A DNA stretch of 64,000 nucleotides from Phoronis australis (Eukaryota > Animalia > Phoronida): NCBI GenBank assembly GCA_002633005.1, contig NMRA01000353.1, positions 381,625-445,624 on the forward strand, read 5' to 3'. The position numbers and the translations under genes were made by a program. Under the pieces are notes generated by a model. It was not told the DNA's origin. It did not search any database and was given only the letters and a program-made list of their open reading frames with translations. Of this stretch, positions 12,801 through 27,800 are shown piece by piece (the first letter of the stretch is position 1; every line of letters begins with the position of its first letter).

Positions 12801-15800
12801 GATTTCATCTTGAACATCTACATGTATATCAAACGAAATTTGGTCATGCTATTGAATCTTTTTTTGCTATATTTTGCTGAACTTTACTAAAAGACATGGC
12901 CATACGACCTAATCAATAGCATGAAAATTGCTAAATTCATTGCGAAAGAGTAAATATTTGGTTGAACGCAGACTTGATGAGGTCCTCCATAACCTAAATA
13001 TCTACGTTCCAAGAAATTTGTACAAACTCTAATATTTTAACATTTAGCCACCTAAACAGGGCAAAATGCAAATTTAACTAAATTGGCTAACACGATTAAA
13101 GGCGAAGACAACCTTTTTCCATGTCATTTTGAGCTAAAATAAGGTTGGTTGGTTATCCTAGACATATTTTCCACTTAATTACAGCTTTTTGTACTTTTAT
13201 TAATTACTCGTCCGCTACTGTGGAAGTGACGTTTTAGGCGGCAAGCATTTCGCGCCAATTTCTTTTCATATAGTCTGACTGTGAGAGCTGCCGAGTCAGT
13301 CATTGTTCTACCTCGGTTATGTTAAGTTCCGTCGCCGTTTGCTTTCATTTACTAGTCAGTGAACATGCCACACTGTTGCTGCGTACCGGAATGTACTAAT
13401 TATCGGCTCACGCGCGCTTTGGGAGTGCCTTTGCTTCGCTTTCCGATGATGACACACTTCGCCGTACTTGGTTCGTTCGTGTGAAGAACGCAGCGTTAGC
13501 CGTCCACGCAACGTACAAAGCAGTGGAGAATTACCGTGTGTGTGGCAAGCACTTTCTGCCGTCCGATTACGAAAGGAATTTGTACGCTGAACTGATGAAG
13601 GTCCCTGCGAAACAACGCGGCCTGAAGAAGGATGCCATCCATTCCGTCTGTGTTGAATCCTGGCAGTGCTCCGTCGCCACCCCCGACAAGTGCATTTTTG
13701 AAGCGAGAAGCCTCGCGAGCTGTGGCCAGTACAGTGACTGGAGCCAGTGGAGGCACTTCATCTACTCAGTGTCACCCGTGCCTCCGAACGTACCCCAGAG
13801 CCTGCAATTCCTGGAACCAGTAGTGATTCGCCCTGTGCTGTTTTCTCCAGCCCAGAGCCTCTAAGCAGCCCTGCAGCGATATTGAGTAGTGGGAGTGATT
13901 ACAGGCCCAGTTCGACACCCAGTGAAGAGGACAGTTCGTCGTTCAGTGAACAGATCGGTGAGCCAAACTTTGATAAGTTTATTGTGGACTTGTCTATTTA
14001 GAAGGTGCCAGGTGTGTGGCGAGGGAGTCACACGACACGATGTAAGCAGCTTGGGTGCTCAGGTCACCATCCAGTGGGAGTGTGTCGCGGGACACTCTGG
14101 TAAGTGGGACAGTTGTTCCTCTGTCCGTGGTATGCCGGAGGTCCACTTAACCATGTCCAGTAGTGGCTTGGCCTCGTCGAACTCTGAACAGCACAAGCAT
14201 TGTAAGCATAACAACGCACACAGTGCATTTGCACCAAGATGTGTCACCACGTCTGTCCTCAGTAGCCGCCTCGTTTCTCTCAACAGCTGCGTGTGCCTGT
14301 GCGTACTGTGCCTCGTTATACTTGGGCTCAAACATGTACCCACCCACTGAATGTCCGTGAAAAAATTCCTCGTCACCACTGCTGTGAACAAGGTCTCCGT
14401 CACTCACACTATTGTCACTGTGATACGGGTCACCGACTCCAGCCATTTTCAGCTTACAACACACTAAACAATCCCTAAATCCAACGTAGATGAGTTCTCT
14501 ACTAACCTATCTTGCCGCAGAATACTCGCCGATAGAAAGTGGTGACGACAATTGTTGAAAAACAGCACAAAACAAAAGTAGAATAGAACAGATTCGCACG
14601 GTAAAGTCAACGCAAAACCAAGTGGCGGGAAACGCTTGCCTCCTAAAACGTCACTTCTAGAGTAGCGGACGAGTAATTAATCAAATTACGAAAAGCTGTA
14701 ATTAAGTGGAAAATATGTCTAGGATAACCAACCAACCTTATTTTAGCTCAAAATGACATGGAAAAAGGTTGCCTTCGCCTTTAAGTACGACACTAGCCTA
14801 CTTATAATCGACAAAAATAAAAAACATCGCACTTTTGCATCAAATCGATTGAATGACTTTGATAGTAGAGGTCTACACTCTTCCGCAGTGCTACGAAATG
14901 TAGCACTGTCGAATGTTGTTTAACATGGCTTCTCATTGGTTAAAGTAATGAGACCGACGTCATAGCATTCAGCCATTCCCATTGGTTGAAATCTTAGAAA
15001 CCCATTTCAGTTTACAGTTACCGAGGATGCGGACCACCTTTGGCTTGAATAGTTGCATTTTATTAAAACGGGCAGTGATCGAAGTAAACAAAATCAAGAG
15101 AACTCCGATCCAATGGCTTAAGCCCAAGTACAGTGCATAAAGGCGTATGCAAGTGGAAGCGATGTGATAGGTATACCTCCGGCCAAGGCATACGCATTGA
15201 CGCCCAAAAGCCATGTTACCACAGGACTGCTTTTCAGTATAGGTAGCGCTGTGTCAAGGTATTGGCGAGGAGTGTTCACTCCGCCATCTTGCCATTCGCC
15301 GTAAGGGTTATCGGTCGAAAAACTAGCGCCCCAAGCGGTGAATAAGCAACACTAGTTTAGCGGCGTAGTCCGAACCACGAAAACACTGTTAAATTCATAC
15401 TTTAATGACGTTTGACGTGCAATAAACGTACCGTGTGGTTGAAAATGGGTAAAATACGTAAACTATCACCCACTTATAATTGAAAGAAAAAAATAATGAC
15501 GTGTGTTTTAATCAATATTAAAGTGTATTTGCTTTCATTCTCTTGAAGCTCCCTTCAAAAGCCATCATGGTTTTGTTTCATGTTTGAGTTTTAATAAGGC
15601 AAATTCCCGTTCCTAATTACATTTGATAACTCCATGGACAGCCAAATTTTAGTGATTACTCTTGGGCGTTTAGGAGGCAATTGCCAAAGGTAACAGGAAG
15701 GGGGATACATGGGAAGAGTAAAAGGCAGGTTAAAAACAGGTGGGCACCAAATGGTGTTGAACCCCTCCTAGGGAGTACATGGGAGGAGGGCTAAACAGGT

Positions 15801-18800
15801 AAAAACAGGTGGGCGCCAAATGGGTGTTGACCGCCTCCTACGGGGTACATGGGAGAAGGGCTAAACAGGTAAAAACAGGTGGGCGCCAAATGGGTGTTGA
15901 CCGCCTCCCATGGAGTGCATGGAAGAAGTGCAGAACAGGTAAAAACAAAGGGGTGTGCAGGAGTGTTGAGCACCTCCCATCGTCACACATTTTGGTTGCT
16001 GGATCCCTATGACCATTGACAATATGTACTGAGGTGGTGATAAGATTTCGCTCTCATTTTGTGCATGGCCCCAAAGACATTTTGTAATGACCGGTGTCCA
16101 TGCCCCTGCGGTTATATCAGTACCACCATGGGTATCTTCCAAGTTTTCACTTTTGGTTTCAACTCCACCCAACAATTTCGCATGTGTTCCCTATTAAATA
16201 CACCAGGCTACTAGCAATGCAGACAATTGTTTTGTGCAGTGGGTGTCACAAAAGTATGAAGAAAGCACGGAAATTCATCACTACCACAACATTGTAATCC
16301 ATTCGGATGCACTCTCACATATAATTTTAGAGCGTTCCGTTATTTCTTAGTGCTATGCCAGTACAGTTTAAACTCCCCACTCTTCCACTATAATCACCGA
16401 TAGTTACAAGTCAGTTGCTAATCTGCAGAATAGCTCACAACTTACAAAACGTATTAACATTGAGTAAATCACCACTCATAAGTAGTCAAAGTTGCAAAAT
16501 GCCATGACAAAATGTTTTAAGAGGTACTGAACGGCAATCAAAATATTCACTGCCCACACAACTTACTAGCCTACACTATGCAGACGACAGTGGCATCGGC
16601 CCGATGCGGGACTGCGATCGGCTTGTCTTCAACCGTGAATGCAAACAAGACGGATGCAGTGAACGGTCATCATTTTGAAGCGGTTAACCAAAAACGTCTG
16701 ATTTCGACTATTACCAAACTGGTCGCAAGTTGGTTAATTCATTTGCATGAGGTCGCTTCCTTTCCCCAGTTTCCCGCGGTCGCTAATGACAAAGGCTTCC
16801 TAACAATAGCTCCAGAATGAGCCAGCCAACCGCAGAAATCGCTCGTGCGGTATTAGATACATATATAACCATTTAGGCATCTATTTAAAATTTTTAGTTC
16901 CATATTACTAAATCTTCATTAAAATCGATCATATGCAGTTTTCGGAGGCAAAAATTGATGCACAACTTGCCGAGAAACAAATAACTTGTGACCATTTAGC
17001 ATTTAGGAATTAATACGGCTTGTTCAAGGACAGTGAGTTAAGCTACTCACAAGTCTTAGATAAGGCTAAGAACTGCTTTCTAATTAGTTGGCGGATGAAA
17101 TGTTTATCTAATGAAATATTAAAAAATGTACATGTTATTAGGCCCTGCCTTTTCATTGTCGGGAAGTCTTGAATTTAGAGAGCTAAAATACGGTCTCGGA
17201 TATGAAAGCTGTCTTTTTGTAAAACGTTTTAATACCATGACTTCCGGGTGTAACTCAATCTCTCATAAGGGTACTTTGCTGTGGAACTCATTGCCACCGA
17301 CAATGAGACAAGGTACTGCCTTAAATGAATTAGCCACACTTGATGATGATTTTCTCTGTGAACTGCTGTTGTGAGAACTGTTACAGATGTCTTCACACCC
17401 GACACGTACTTTTGTATTTATGTTATTAAAGTTCTGTATTTTATCTGTAGGCCTACTGCATGATTAGCTTGTAGTTTCAGTTGTAGATTTTAAAATTGTC
17501 AGATAATAGACCTTGTGCTAATGTTTCATTATTAAACCTCACCGACTTTTAAACAATGATGATTACTAGGCCTACATATTACTACTACTACTATGCGATC
17601 ATCGGAGATTAGAGCAATTATCGAACAAAAGAGAGCTGACCCTCAATCCAAGATTGCCAGCATGGACTGATCACTCGTGTAAGATACCGGCTACAGCGGT
17701 CATCCGCCCAAGTTGTTGTGCCATACAATCGAACAAGTTCAGGACTCAACGGGAGAACGCCGTAATGCGCTAAAAAACCAAGTGCTTCCAGAAACAAAAC
17801 CACTCTGAAATTGCCGGGTTAGTTTAATCTAAACAGCTATTTTGATATCAGTTTGTTTAAAGGCTCTTATCAAATTTTACTGGCTTAAAAGGACGCAATC
17901 GGTTGTAGGTCAGAAATCCAGGCGGCGACTTGCATGTATTGGTTGTTTCACTGTTAGGCGCCGTGAAAATGGCCGACGCGGGTGAAGTTAGTTGTCCTCA
18001 GAGCGAGTCGCCATAAGAAAGCCTACGGACCTCTTGTGTGCTTTCTAGAGTTCACTCTACTTTTAATCGACGAGATTTTCACATACTTTTTTGCAACTAT
18101 TTTTAATGGTGTTTTGAATGATAATCCAAGACTTTACAATTTTTAGAACATTAAAATATGTTTTTTTTTCTTCTAAAAAGTGCTCTAAACCTGCCCTTTT
18201 TATGCTCCCACACATTTATATGCGGGCGCATTATGCGTCCGCCCCTCTATCAAACTAACGACTCTGAGGATGATTGTGAAAATTGACATACTGGGTATAA
18301 GATGTCTATGGTTCTTACCTTGGAAGAGGACGGCTCACGATGATTTTCCGACGACTTTGGCTACTGTGGTGTCTCCTAGTGGCAGTTTTCTTGCTCCCAT
18401 GGCTTTATCTCTTTGACCCTCTGCAGGATCTTTCAGATGGATCTGATGAACGTTCTGCCCCCTAGTTTCAATTTCATTTTTTTCCTCTGTTTCGCTGAAG
18501 TTCCTTGAGGGAATGCTATGAAATTTGGCAAATAGCTGTGTATTAAATAAACGGTAACATGCTTGGTTTTAGGATGGATTTGACATGTTTTGCGACATTT
18601 AGTGGCCATTTTTTGCTGATTTCTAGTCTGTTTTTGGCGTTCGCCCCTCTATCAAACAAGCCACTCTAACGATGATTTGAAAATTGGTGTTTATGTTTCC
18701 ACTGTGAAAAGGACGGCTGTGACGACTTCTAGTGGCATTTTTTGCATCCATGCCTATATCTCCCAAACCCTCAGCAGGATCTTTGGCAACTGTATTAACA

Positions 18801-21800
18801 TGAAGTTAACAATGGACAACGATCAGGTTTGGATGGACCCGACAGCTGTGTTTTGGAATAGATTGGACGGACAGTGGCTGTTTTTATTTTTTGAAATTTT
18901 ACAAATAGGTTTCTATTTAGGAGACGATTACGCGCTCCCATTTTCAGGCGGATTTCTCGTATTCTGTACCAGTCGGTTGTCATTTTAAAGGTTTTTGAGA
19001 GCGTTTTTGACATCGCCCTCTCCATCCACTGGAGTGGTGCTAGAGACCAGTGCTAAGTTGTATGAAACAGTCTCAAACAGGAACTCAACGAAGCTCATTT
19101 TATCTTTAGTGTGAGGTCCTCCTTTACAGACATGCACAAGTAGGTACTAACCCGTTAAATTAGGAGCGTTGCATAAAACGTTCTGCATTTATTTTCAGTA
19201 ATGTAAAGAGTTTGAGCAACGTATAGCTTACTCTTGGAATATATCAAGTGGCGGATTAAGCAAATGCGGGGCCCGTAGCATAAGTCGAACCGCGGTGCCC
19301 CTACTCAAGTACTCATATAGTTATCTGAAAGCAAAACCAAGATAGGTGCAACTTTGACTTTTGAGATGGAAAACAATTGAGACAGCTTCTATACGAAAAA
19401 TAAATAGTATATTGTCACAAGAGGCACACATCACCGGACTTGTCGCCTTTCTTCCACAATGCTATAGTGCCCAGTATAGGGGTGGTCATTTTTAAGAAAA
19501 GTGTATCTACAGCCGAAATAGCGAACATCCCCAATATGTCCACAAATACAAGCAAACCAGGCCACCGAACCTAATGTAATGCCTACCTCAAATTCCCGCC
19601 AAACCTGGTCTTCCCCGAATGTTCAATTTCTTGTCAGTGCACATTGACCGCAGCTACAGTCTTACGGTACAGTACCACCTTCATGAATGATATCTGATCG
19701 TGATTTCAATCCTTGGCGTCAGGAAAACCAATTGCTGACTTTCGAAATAAGCGTGCCACATTAAAACGCACTATCCCGCCTGACGGTGATATGGGTAGGA
19801 GTTCAGTAGCTGTCTCGTGGCTGCAAAGTCTAGCCAAATTGGCATGTTCTTATTTAAAATACGCAATATTTCGCGCAGTTTTGCGAAGTCTTGCTTTTCT
19901 AGCCAGGTTCTAGCGTTATTGAACTCTACCCAAATCTTTCGTGGACAGACGTTCAGCCGCCACCTAGAGATCCCATGTAATGCTGACGGTAGGTTTCACT
20001 GAACCTAGTCGGGCTGAAATAAACAGGGTTTGATTGCGGAAAATTTCCACTGATGTGCGGTGGGGCAAACTTCTTGAAGTATCCATGGATGAAATGAACC
20101 ATCTTCCATACATTTCCCACTACCAAGAACATTTCGTGTCCTGCGAGGTCTCATTAATTGGGAGAATTTCGGTCCCAGTCGATGTCAAAAAGTTAAGATA
20201 AATAATGAACTTAACCTAACTAAGTAATGGTAGGGACTGAAAGTGGCAATTGTTCCTCTGTTTTTAGATTAAAGAACTGCTCTGTAATAATTGAATTTCT
20301 GTTCAACAAATCTGAGTTGTCTGGATCAAACGGAAGTCGCTTTCGCGCTCTCATTACTCTAGAGAGCGCAATATGAAGAGTTTGCTATAGAAAAGATTTT
20401 TTCATGTCCAGAGTGCTTTTCATTGATATTTTGGCGTTATGGAATTGGTTTCAAATTGTTCCTTGATAAAATTGAAGATGATTTCAAGTCTTCGAAAGAA
20501 CTGACAGTTCATAGCTGCTGGAGGTTACGCGCTACCCTCTGTTACAGCGCCATTCATATTAAAAAGTGGCCCTGTGAAAACATGATGAACGAACAAAGTA
20601 TACCGATCTCATCGCCATAACTTGCACACGCCTTTATGCACTGTACGTAACAGAAAAGTGAGAGGGCCGGGGTTCCCAGATTTCAACCAATAGGAATGAC
20701 TGAATGTTATGACGTCTGTTTCGTTACTTTAATTAATGAGAAGCCATGTTAAACAAAATTCGACAACCTTCGTAGCACTGTGAAAGAGTGTAGGTTTTGC
20801 GATACAAGTTGGCTGGTCACGGCGTGTCATTTTATGCACCAAGCATGATCTCAACGGATAACAAACTGCCATTTTCATAGATATCTATATACCGGGCACG
20901 CAGGACTAAACCATGGAGTGCAATCAGATGTCTATTGCTAGTTCTTTGCAAACTCAGACAAATCAATTCTCATCTGAGTAGGGAACACGTCCTTGGACGA
21001 TTATAAATGGTCTAAATATAAACTTATCTTCTTGGAAGGAAAGCGGGTTTATAGTCATTTTTAATTTCATGAAGAAACACCAAGGAACTTGAAATGTTCT
21101 GCGGCAGACGCAAAAATGTCCCTGAAGAGGCGCTATAGTAGTTGGATCTGTACAACTATCCGTGCTCTCCCCAACAAGCTCGCACCACGAAACTTCTATT
21201 ACATGATAGATCAGAAGCAGAGTGGAATTGGACATTGCCATGCGGGGGAGGCCACAGTAGTTGGAACTGGACGGAAGTCAACGTGAGTTGTGCTCTCCTC
21301 CGTAGGAAAGCACCTGCCACATTTTATTTTGATTCTTCAACAAGCGGTTTGGAGGAGACAAAGACAGATACAAAAATATAATAAAAAGGCAACTACATGT
21401 AGGGGTGCTGCTCTGTGTCATATCCGTCTAAGACGGGGTGAAAACCATCGTTTCCTTAATGGAAACTCATTTACAAAATTGACCATCTAATTTGCATAAA
21501 CAAAATGGCGGCCAAATTGTCGAGTTCAGATGTATTTTTATGCGCCCACATATTTATATGTGGACGCATTATGCCGTCATCTCTGTCCGTCCGTCCGTCC
21601 GTCCGTCCGTCCGTCCGTCCGGGCGGCGTCCGTCCGGCGTCCGGCGTCCGGCGTCCGCTGCTCTATCTCCAAAACCCTTTGACATACGTTCATGAAATTT
21701 GGCACATATGTTCCATTCATGAATGGGACGGCATGTGCGAACTTTCGGACGGATCCGACTACCGGTGTGCCCCCTAGTGGCAATTTTAGTTTTTTACGCT

Positions 21801-24800
21801 TACCTTTGTATCTTCAAAAGTCCTGAACGGATTTTCATGAAATTTGGTATGTAGGCACCTANNNNNNNNNNNNNNNNNNNNNNNNNNNNNNNNNNNNNNN
21901 NNNNNNNNNNNNNNNNNNNNNNNNNNNNNNNNNNNNNNNNNNNNNNNNNNNNNNNNNNNNNNNNNNNNNNNNNNNNNNNNNNNNNNNNNNNNNNNNNNNN
22001 NNNNNNNNNNNNNNNNNNNNNNNNNNNNNNNNNNNNNNNNNNNNNNNNNNNNNNNNNNNNNNNNNNNNNNNNNNNNNNNNNNNNNNNNNNNNNNNNNNNN
22101 NNNNNNNNNNNNNNNNNNNNNNNNNNNNNNNNNNNNNNNNNNNNNNNNNNNNNNNNNNNNNNNNNNNNNNNNNNNNNNNNNNNNNNNNNNNNNNNNNNNN
22201 NNNNNNNNNNNNNNNNNNNCCATACCTTGACCTGATAGTGCACTCTCATCAGATGGAAACGGCGGGCATTATGGGTGAGGGGGAAGGACTTCTGGGTTCA
22301 CTGGGTTGGAGAATAGTAAATGGCGTGCTACATCTACAGGTAGTGTTGTATATTCTGCAGACAAATACTTCTGAAGCCATCGTAATTTGCTCAGTGATTT
22401 CACCAATGCAGGGGTTCTTAAGCAATCTGTGATGCTCTAGGAACACCTTCCATGATGATTGTTTCATGTGATTGGCAAAGTACGAGTTGGTGCCAAATCC
22501 GGTCACGGCATGAAAAGCAAAAAAGGATGTTGCTGAGTCTCTTAGTAGTTTGTTGAAAAGTGCTTCAATATGTGTATATCGTCATTTCTTTGATGTGCCT
22601 GACATCATACAGATATGCTCACTTTGCATTTGTTGGAAGTGCGATACCAGAAGCAATAGAACATCGGGTGTCTCTGGAAATACGACTGACTGTGGACAGC
22701 ATGCAGTACCAGTCTTGCATCTGCTTCTTCATGTGTGGATTTCAGAGTCCTCAAATCAATCATAACGTTAGATGATTTAATTTACTTCCAGCTCATCTTT
22801 GAACCCTCATGCAACCATAAACTCTTTAACTTTAGGCGTCTACAAACACAGTTGCTCTGACAAGAAATGTGCTAGGTCTTCTTTATTCTCAGCCGGTGCC
22901 CGAAAATTTGACCAGTTTTGAGGAAGAGGTACACCACGGCCTTCCAAAAATCACCTGATTTTCTGTATTCCTTTACTACGCTGTTTTCCTGTTGTGTATT
23001 TCATAGTTTCTTGTCTGTATCTGTCAAATACAATGTCAATTTTATGATATCGAAATCCTGTGTTTAGCACTGTTTTCATGAATGAATCAGCCAGGTTCTC
23101 GAAGGTCACATCACCATCAAGCTTCCCAAGAGCTACCAGCAATGCTTCGCCATCAAAAATGAGGCAAGCGGGCGAGCCATGAAGTTGAATTCTTTTAGGA
23201 CAGTCGATGCGTTAACTATAAATACTTCGGCAAGTGAAGATTTATCTCCAGTGCGCAATGTGTCACTCGTTTATGTAAGAAAACATGGACGGGAAGAAGC
23301 TCGCGTTTGAGCACAGACGGCAAATCAACTGGCCGACCCACCTCATAAGCCGTAGCTAGGCAGCGAAGTATATCTCTCTCTGCCTTAAGAACTATTTTCT
23401 TGTCTTTATCTGTGTCTTTGGATTGTTTCACCACATCATGTAAGTTGGCAAATGTTGGGGCATTATTTTTGCGCATAGGCGCGTGAATTGACATGTCTGA
23501 ATTATCGCATTGCTCAGTGATAATCGGTCTCTAACAAATTTCTTAGTTTGTTCGTGTCCAAGTTCCTTGGCATGTAAAAGTGACTCTTGGATTAGTGCGT
23601 TACTAGGTCTTTTGTTGCAAGGCTTTGTAGCAGCTAAGGCCTTGCGGACGAGAAGACCTTCAATCCATGGAATGCGTAAAGAAGGGACTCCCAACAGTTG
23701 CCTCGTGTATTCGTTATGAAACTATGTACTCCCACAGCAGTAAGTTTGTTGAGCTATATGAGATTTCAGATTAAATGAGAGTGTCCACCTCCATAGAGCT
23801 GACGAGGTTTTGGTATTACCGGTGATACCACCTCCTTTTTGCCTGCCCCATTTACCCATTGGTCAGAATCTACCTGACAGAGCATATGAGGAGATCACTT
23901 GACTACAAAATTTCCTGCTTGAAAATCTGACCAAACAGACTGTGGAAGCTGATGTATCTCCGCTAAAAAGACCTAACCCCACTCGGGCATAATTCGGTGA
24001 GGCAGCACGAGAGTAAATGAAGAGAGATGCAGTTCCAATATACCATCCCATTGAGAGCATTGTGTACTTTAACAATATTGGAACCATGTACATGTAACTC
24101 CACCAGAAGCTGAAATTCACATCATCAGAACTACTGTTGACAAAATGCCCAGGAGTTCCTGAACTTATCCTAATTGAGAAATGTTAAAAACTCTGGAATT
24201 TTCTGTGGATCATCATCTGCAGACATACTGGTAATACAAGCATGACAGTCGCTTCTGCAATAAACGAGAGAAGGCTTGACACATGCAGGAGATGCCACAG
24301 AGCTTGCAAAGACAGTTTGTGTGCCCTCATACTGTAGCTTTGCTGGATGACATTCCACTGAGGACCAGTTCCATAGGTCTTGACCAAGTACTGCACTCTC
24401 TATACACACCTCAGCTATTCCGGAATCACTCATGTGATCTTCTATGGCCTTGATAAAGTTCAATGATAGTGAAGAACCACTAATGAGGTACTGTATTAAC
24501 ATATTTTGGTATTCTGGGACCGACCACGTATAAGCTCCATTAATCTGCAGCAGAGTGCTTGGTCGACTGTGAGGACGGTATGTTCCTGTCCAAAATGGGA
24601 CAATATGGCCATGCATCTCTTTACAACAGTATTTAAAAGTCATGTTGTTATGTTTACAATACTTTTATGTCTTATCTAAATAGTGAGATGTTCACAAAAA
24701 GCATTGATAATTATGATTTCTAATTTAATTTTCAGACTTTATTAATGAGCATTTGTAACTTAGTGAAGATGAAATAAAAAGCTTCACATGTGTCATAATG

Positions 24801-27800
24801 ATTTTTCTAGACCTTCAAAACATAGATATAGACACCTTAGTTGTCATGTTTGCCTGCAAATTGATAAAGTTACACCGAATTTTTTGGTAATGGTGGAAGC
24901 TAATTAGCATAATTGGGGAATTTAATGACGTTCATTAATATGCTCTTAAATTTAAGTGATCTAAACACACTTATATTATGTTTTTGAAGCAAAAATTTCC
25001 TAATTATTTGTCACATATTGTACTCCTGATCTTACGAATATTTCTTATCTTGTTGGTTTGGCGGCCATTTTGTTTATGCAAATTAGATGGTCAAAAACTC
25101 AAAATCCAGCTTGGGAACAGGCATAATCGAAATCAGCATACCATAATTATGCTAAAAAGATAGGTTCTTCACTTTTACTAAAAAATGCCTCTAACATGCA
25201 CATTTTCCAGAAATGCGTCTAGACTAGAACACCAACTAAGGAACTAGGTAGATACTGAGGCAAAGGAACGCAAAAAGGACCAAAGTTGCCTCTAGGGGAT
25301 TCCACAGGAGTCACATTCATAACTTTTTGGACGGCTCTGACTAACGCTGTGCCCCGGCCCTATAGTGGCAATTTTTTGTTTCTATGTATGCGTTTGTATC
25401 TCTGGAGTTCCTTAGTAGATTTTCATGAATGAAGACAAAAGTTTTGTAATAGAGAGACGAACCCCCCATGGAAAGCAGTGTGAACTGATGGGGCTACCCT
25501 CATTGTAAATATTACATTAATAAATAAATAAAGCCTTTCCAAAATTTCGAAACGGTTTAAACGTATTTTCCGCCATGTAATGACCATTTCTATGATAGTA
25601 AAAAACACCCCTCAAGCACACCAATTGCAAAGCAGTAGTGGGTATATTTCAACGATCCGCGTTGCTCTTGTAATATTAAGTTGCAGCACTATCGACTTCT
25701 GCTACTTTGTAGATAGTCTCCACTGAATCTGGAGAGCAAAACTTGAGGTTTAACGATGAAACTCAACGATATAGTGTGATAGCAAAGCAAAACAACTCTG
25801 GCATATTTAATGAAATAATGAAAAAAATAAATAAATTTCGTCGCAAGACTGCATAATTATTTGTGTAACAAGCTCACAATGCGAATCCTATCTGATGCAA
25901 AACATGACAACGCCTGTCGCTGTACGTTCTGAGCATGCCCTAATGCGCTTGTCTGTGTACATGTTTATAAGGTAAGCTTAGTGAAGTGTCATCCAATCTG
26001 GGAAGCGTGAAACGATATGTCCCGGTTTTGAAATTAGTTAATTTTGCTAGTAGGTGAACCAGTTTCCAAAAGATGTGTACTGTGATGGAGATATTCTAAT
26101 AAACCACGTGATGACACCACCATTAATCTAACCCATACCCTTCCCGTGTCATAAATCGTCATCTGTCCAAACACCCTCCCCCTCAAGTGATGATGTAATA
26201 TGTGAACTTTCGCATATCTGTAGGATATACACAGGACCATCTTTTCCCATGTTTGAAAAAACTTGCCTCCAACGGTACTCGTGTTATCTGGAAACTGCAG
26301 GACCCAGTAGTAGACAACAGAATGGGTCCAGATCCAAACAGGCAGTTGTTGAAGAATGAAAATTTCGACGCTTGGAACAACGCCACAATAGAAATAATGT
26401 GAGTCGTTTGATAATAGTGTTCAGCCGTTTCTTGAATCACCACTTCAGTAAACAAGCTGGTTCGTAGGCATAAGAAGGGTCGTTTGAATAAGACTAATAA
26501 GCAAAATGTACTATCATCGGGCTTGTGTGCGGAGGAAAAAAAAAGATTCACCGAGGGTCGATCGACAATCTGCGTATTTGGCGCGTTCGTAGCCTTCTGG
26601 AAAATTTGCGGCACCACATGAGAGTACTTTATTTCAGTCAAATTTTCTGAGTCAAATGAATGTCAAATCAGTCTACAGTAAAACTACCGCAATTACTTTA
26701 ATTATGACAACTAACACTCGTATTTGTAATAGAATTTGTCCTCTACAGGAAAGACAGTAATGTGGAGCTGTGGTACACTGGTCGACTGTCGGCATACAAA
26801 TGGCTCGATGATCTTAAGGACGGAGTTCACTACCGGGGGAGGAGCAGTGCTCAAGACCAGGTGACATTTCATTTCCCTGAACGGTAATGGCCAGTGCTGT
26901 AGAGGGGGCTAGGTGCACGTAGGCGTAGCCAACCACCTTATGGCATTTGAACGTAACGCCTACGCACCTTAAGTTACGTTCAGTGCTCAAGGTGATACGA
27001 TGGGCTTTGGGCGCCTACTTACCTCTTATTTTACCACTACAGCACTGGTGATGGCTACAGCGGGACTACTGGAAGTTTGAAGTTGCCAGAAAGAATATTG
27101 TTGCTATAGCTACAAGGAAGTCCATAGAACTAGTGTACAATCAATTGCTTTTGAAGGCCTGCACCCAAATAAGATTTCTCGTGAGGCTGGTGTTATTGTT
27201 TAGGGCTGGTCCGTTTTGCGACTGGGGCTGAACATTAATTCAATTAGTAAAGATAACACAAAGGATGTCGGCAAACACTGATAGTGAAGCCTCCCAAAGT
27301 CATGCCCACGACCCTCGCGATAAAATCCGTTCAAATATGCTTATGAGCCTACCGTCAGTCACTATTAATTTTTTTGTTGTTTGCAGGGTTTCACAAAATT
27401 AACAGAGTAAGCAGTAAGCGAATGTCAGTCGGAAACAACTTAAGACTTATTTAAAGATGCAGATGCATTTCGCCGTTAAGCTGGCTAAAATCGAAAATCG
27501 AATTAGCCCTTTACTCTCATCAAATCAGTGTCCTTACTGTGTTAGGATTCTGTTTCGGTTACTTACTCAAGTCACATGCAGTGCGTGCATTGTACACGCG
27601 CCATTTTCGAATTCGCAAACTTTAGGATTGACCAACAATTCTGAGACGCTGATGGTGTCAAGAATCTTGTTTGTAATGGAAATAGAATCCTAGAGGTAAT
27701 TGCGAGACCAATTATATGACAATAAAAGACCCAGTTCGATTTTCGTTTTTAACCTGCTTAACAACCAAGCAAACCAAAATGCAAATTTATTTCACAGCCA

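Noticed and set aside
13592-13614. CTGATGA..GAAAC as a hammerhead ribozyme
   Set aside because: The stem II closing pair is A-C and the sequence is explained as THAP coding sequence.
17595-17625. YAIIGD* as the GDS motif
   Set aside because: A stop replaces Ser, and it lies downstream of exons it should precede.
3563-21861. Inverted near-identical segments as TIRs of one giant element
   Set aside because: Each is the end of an independent HINE copy, the termini face inward, and host exons lie between them.
21786-22249. Long ORFs running through X stretches (also 30949-31376 and 36794-37235)
   Set aside because: Artefacts of N gaps, apart from the Academ CXC piece.
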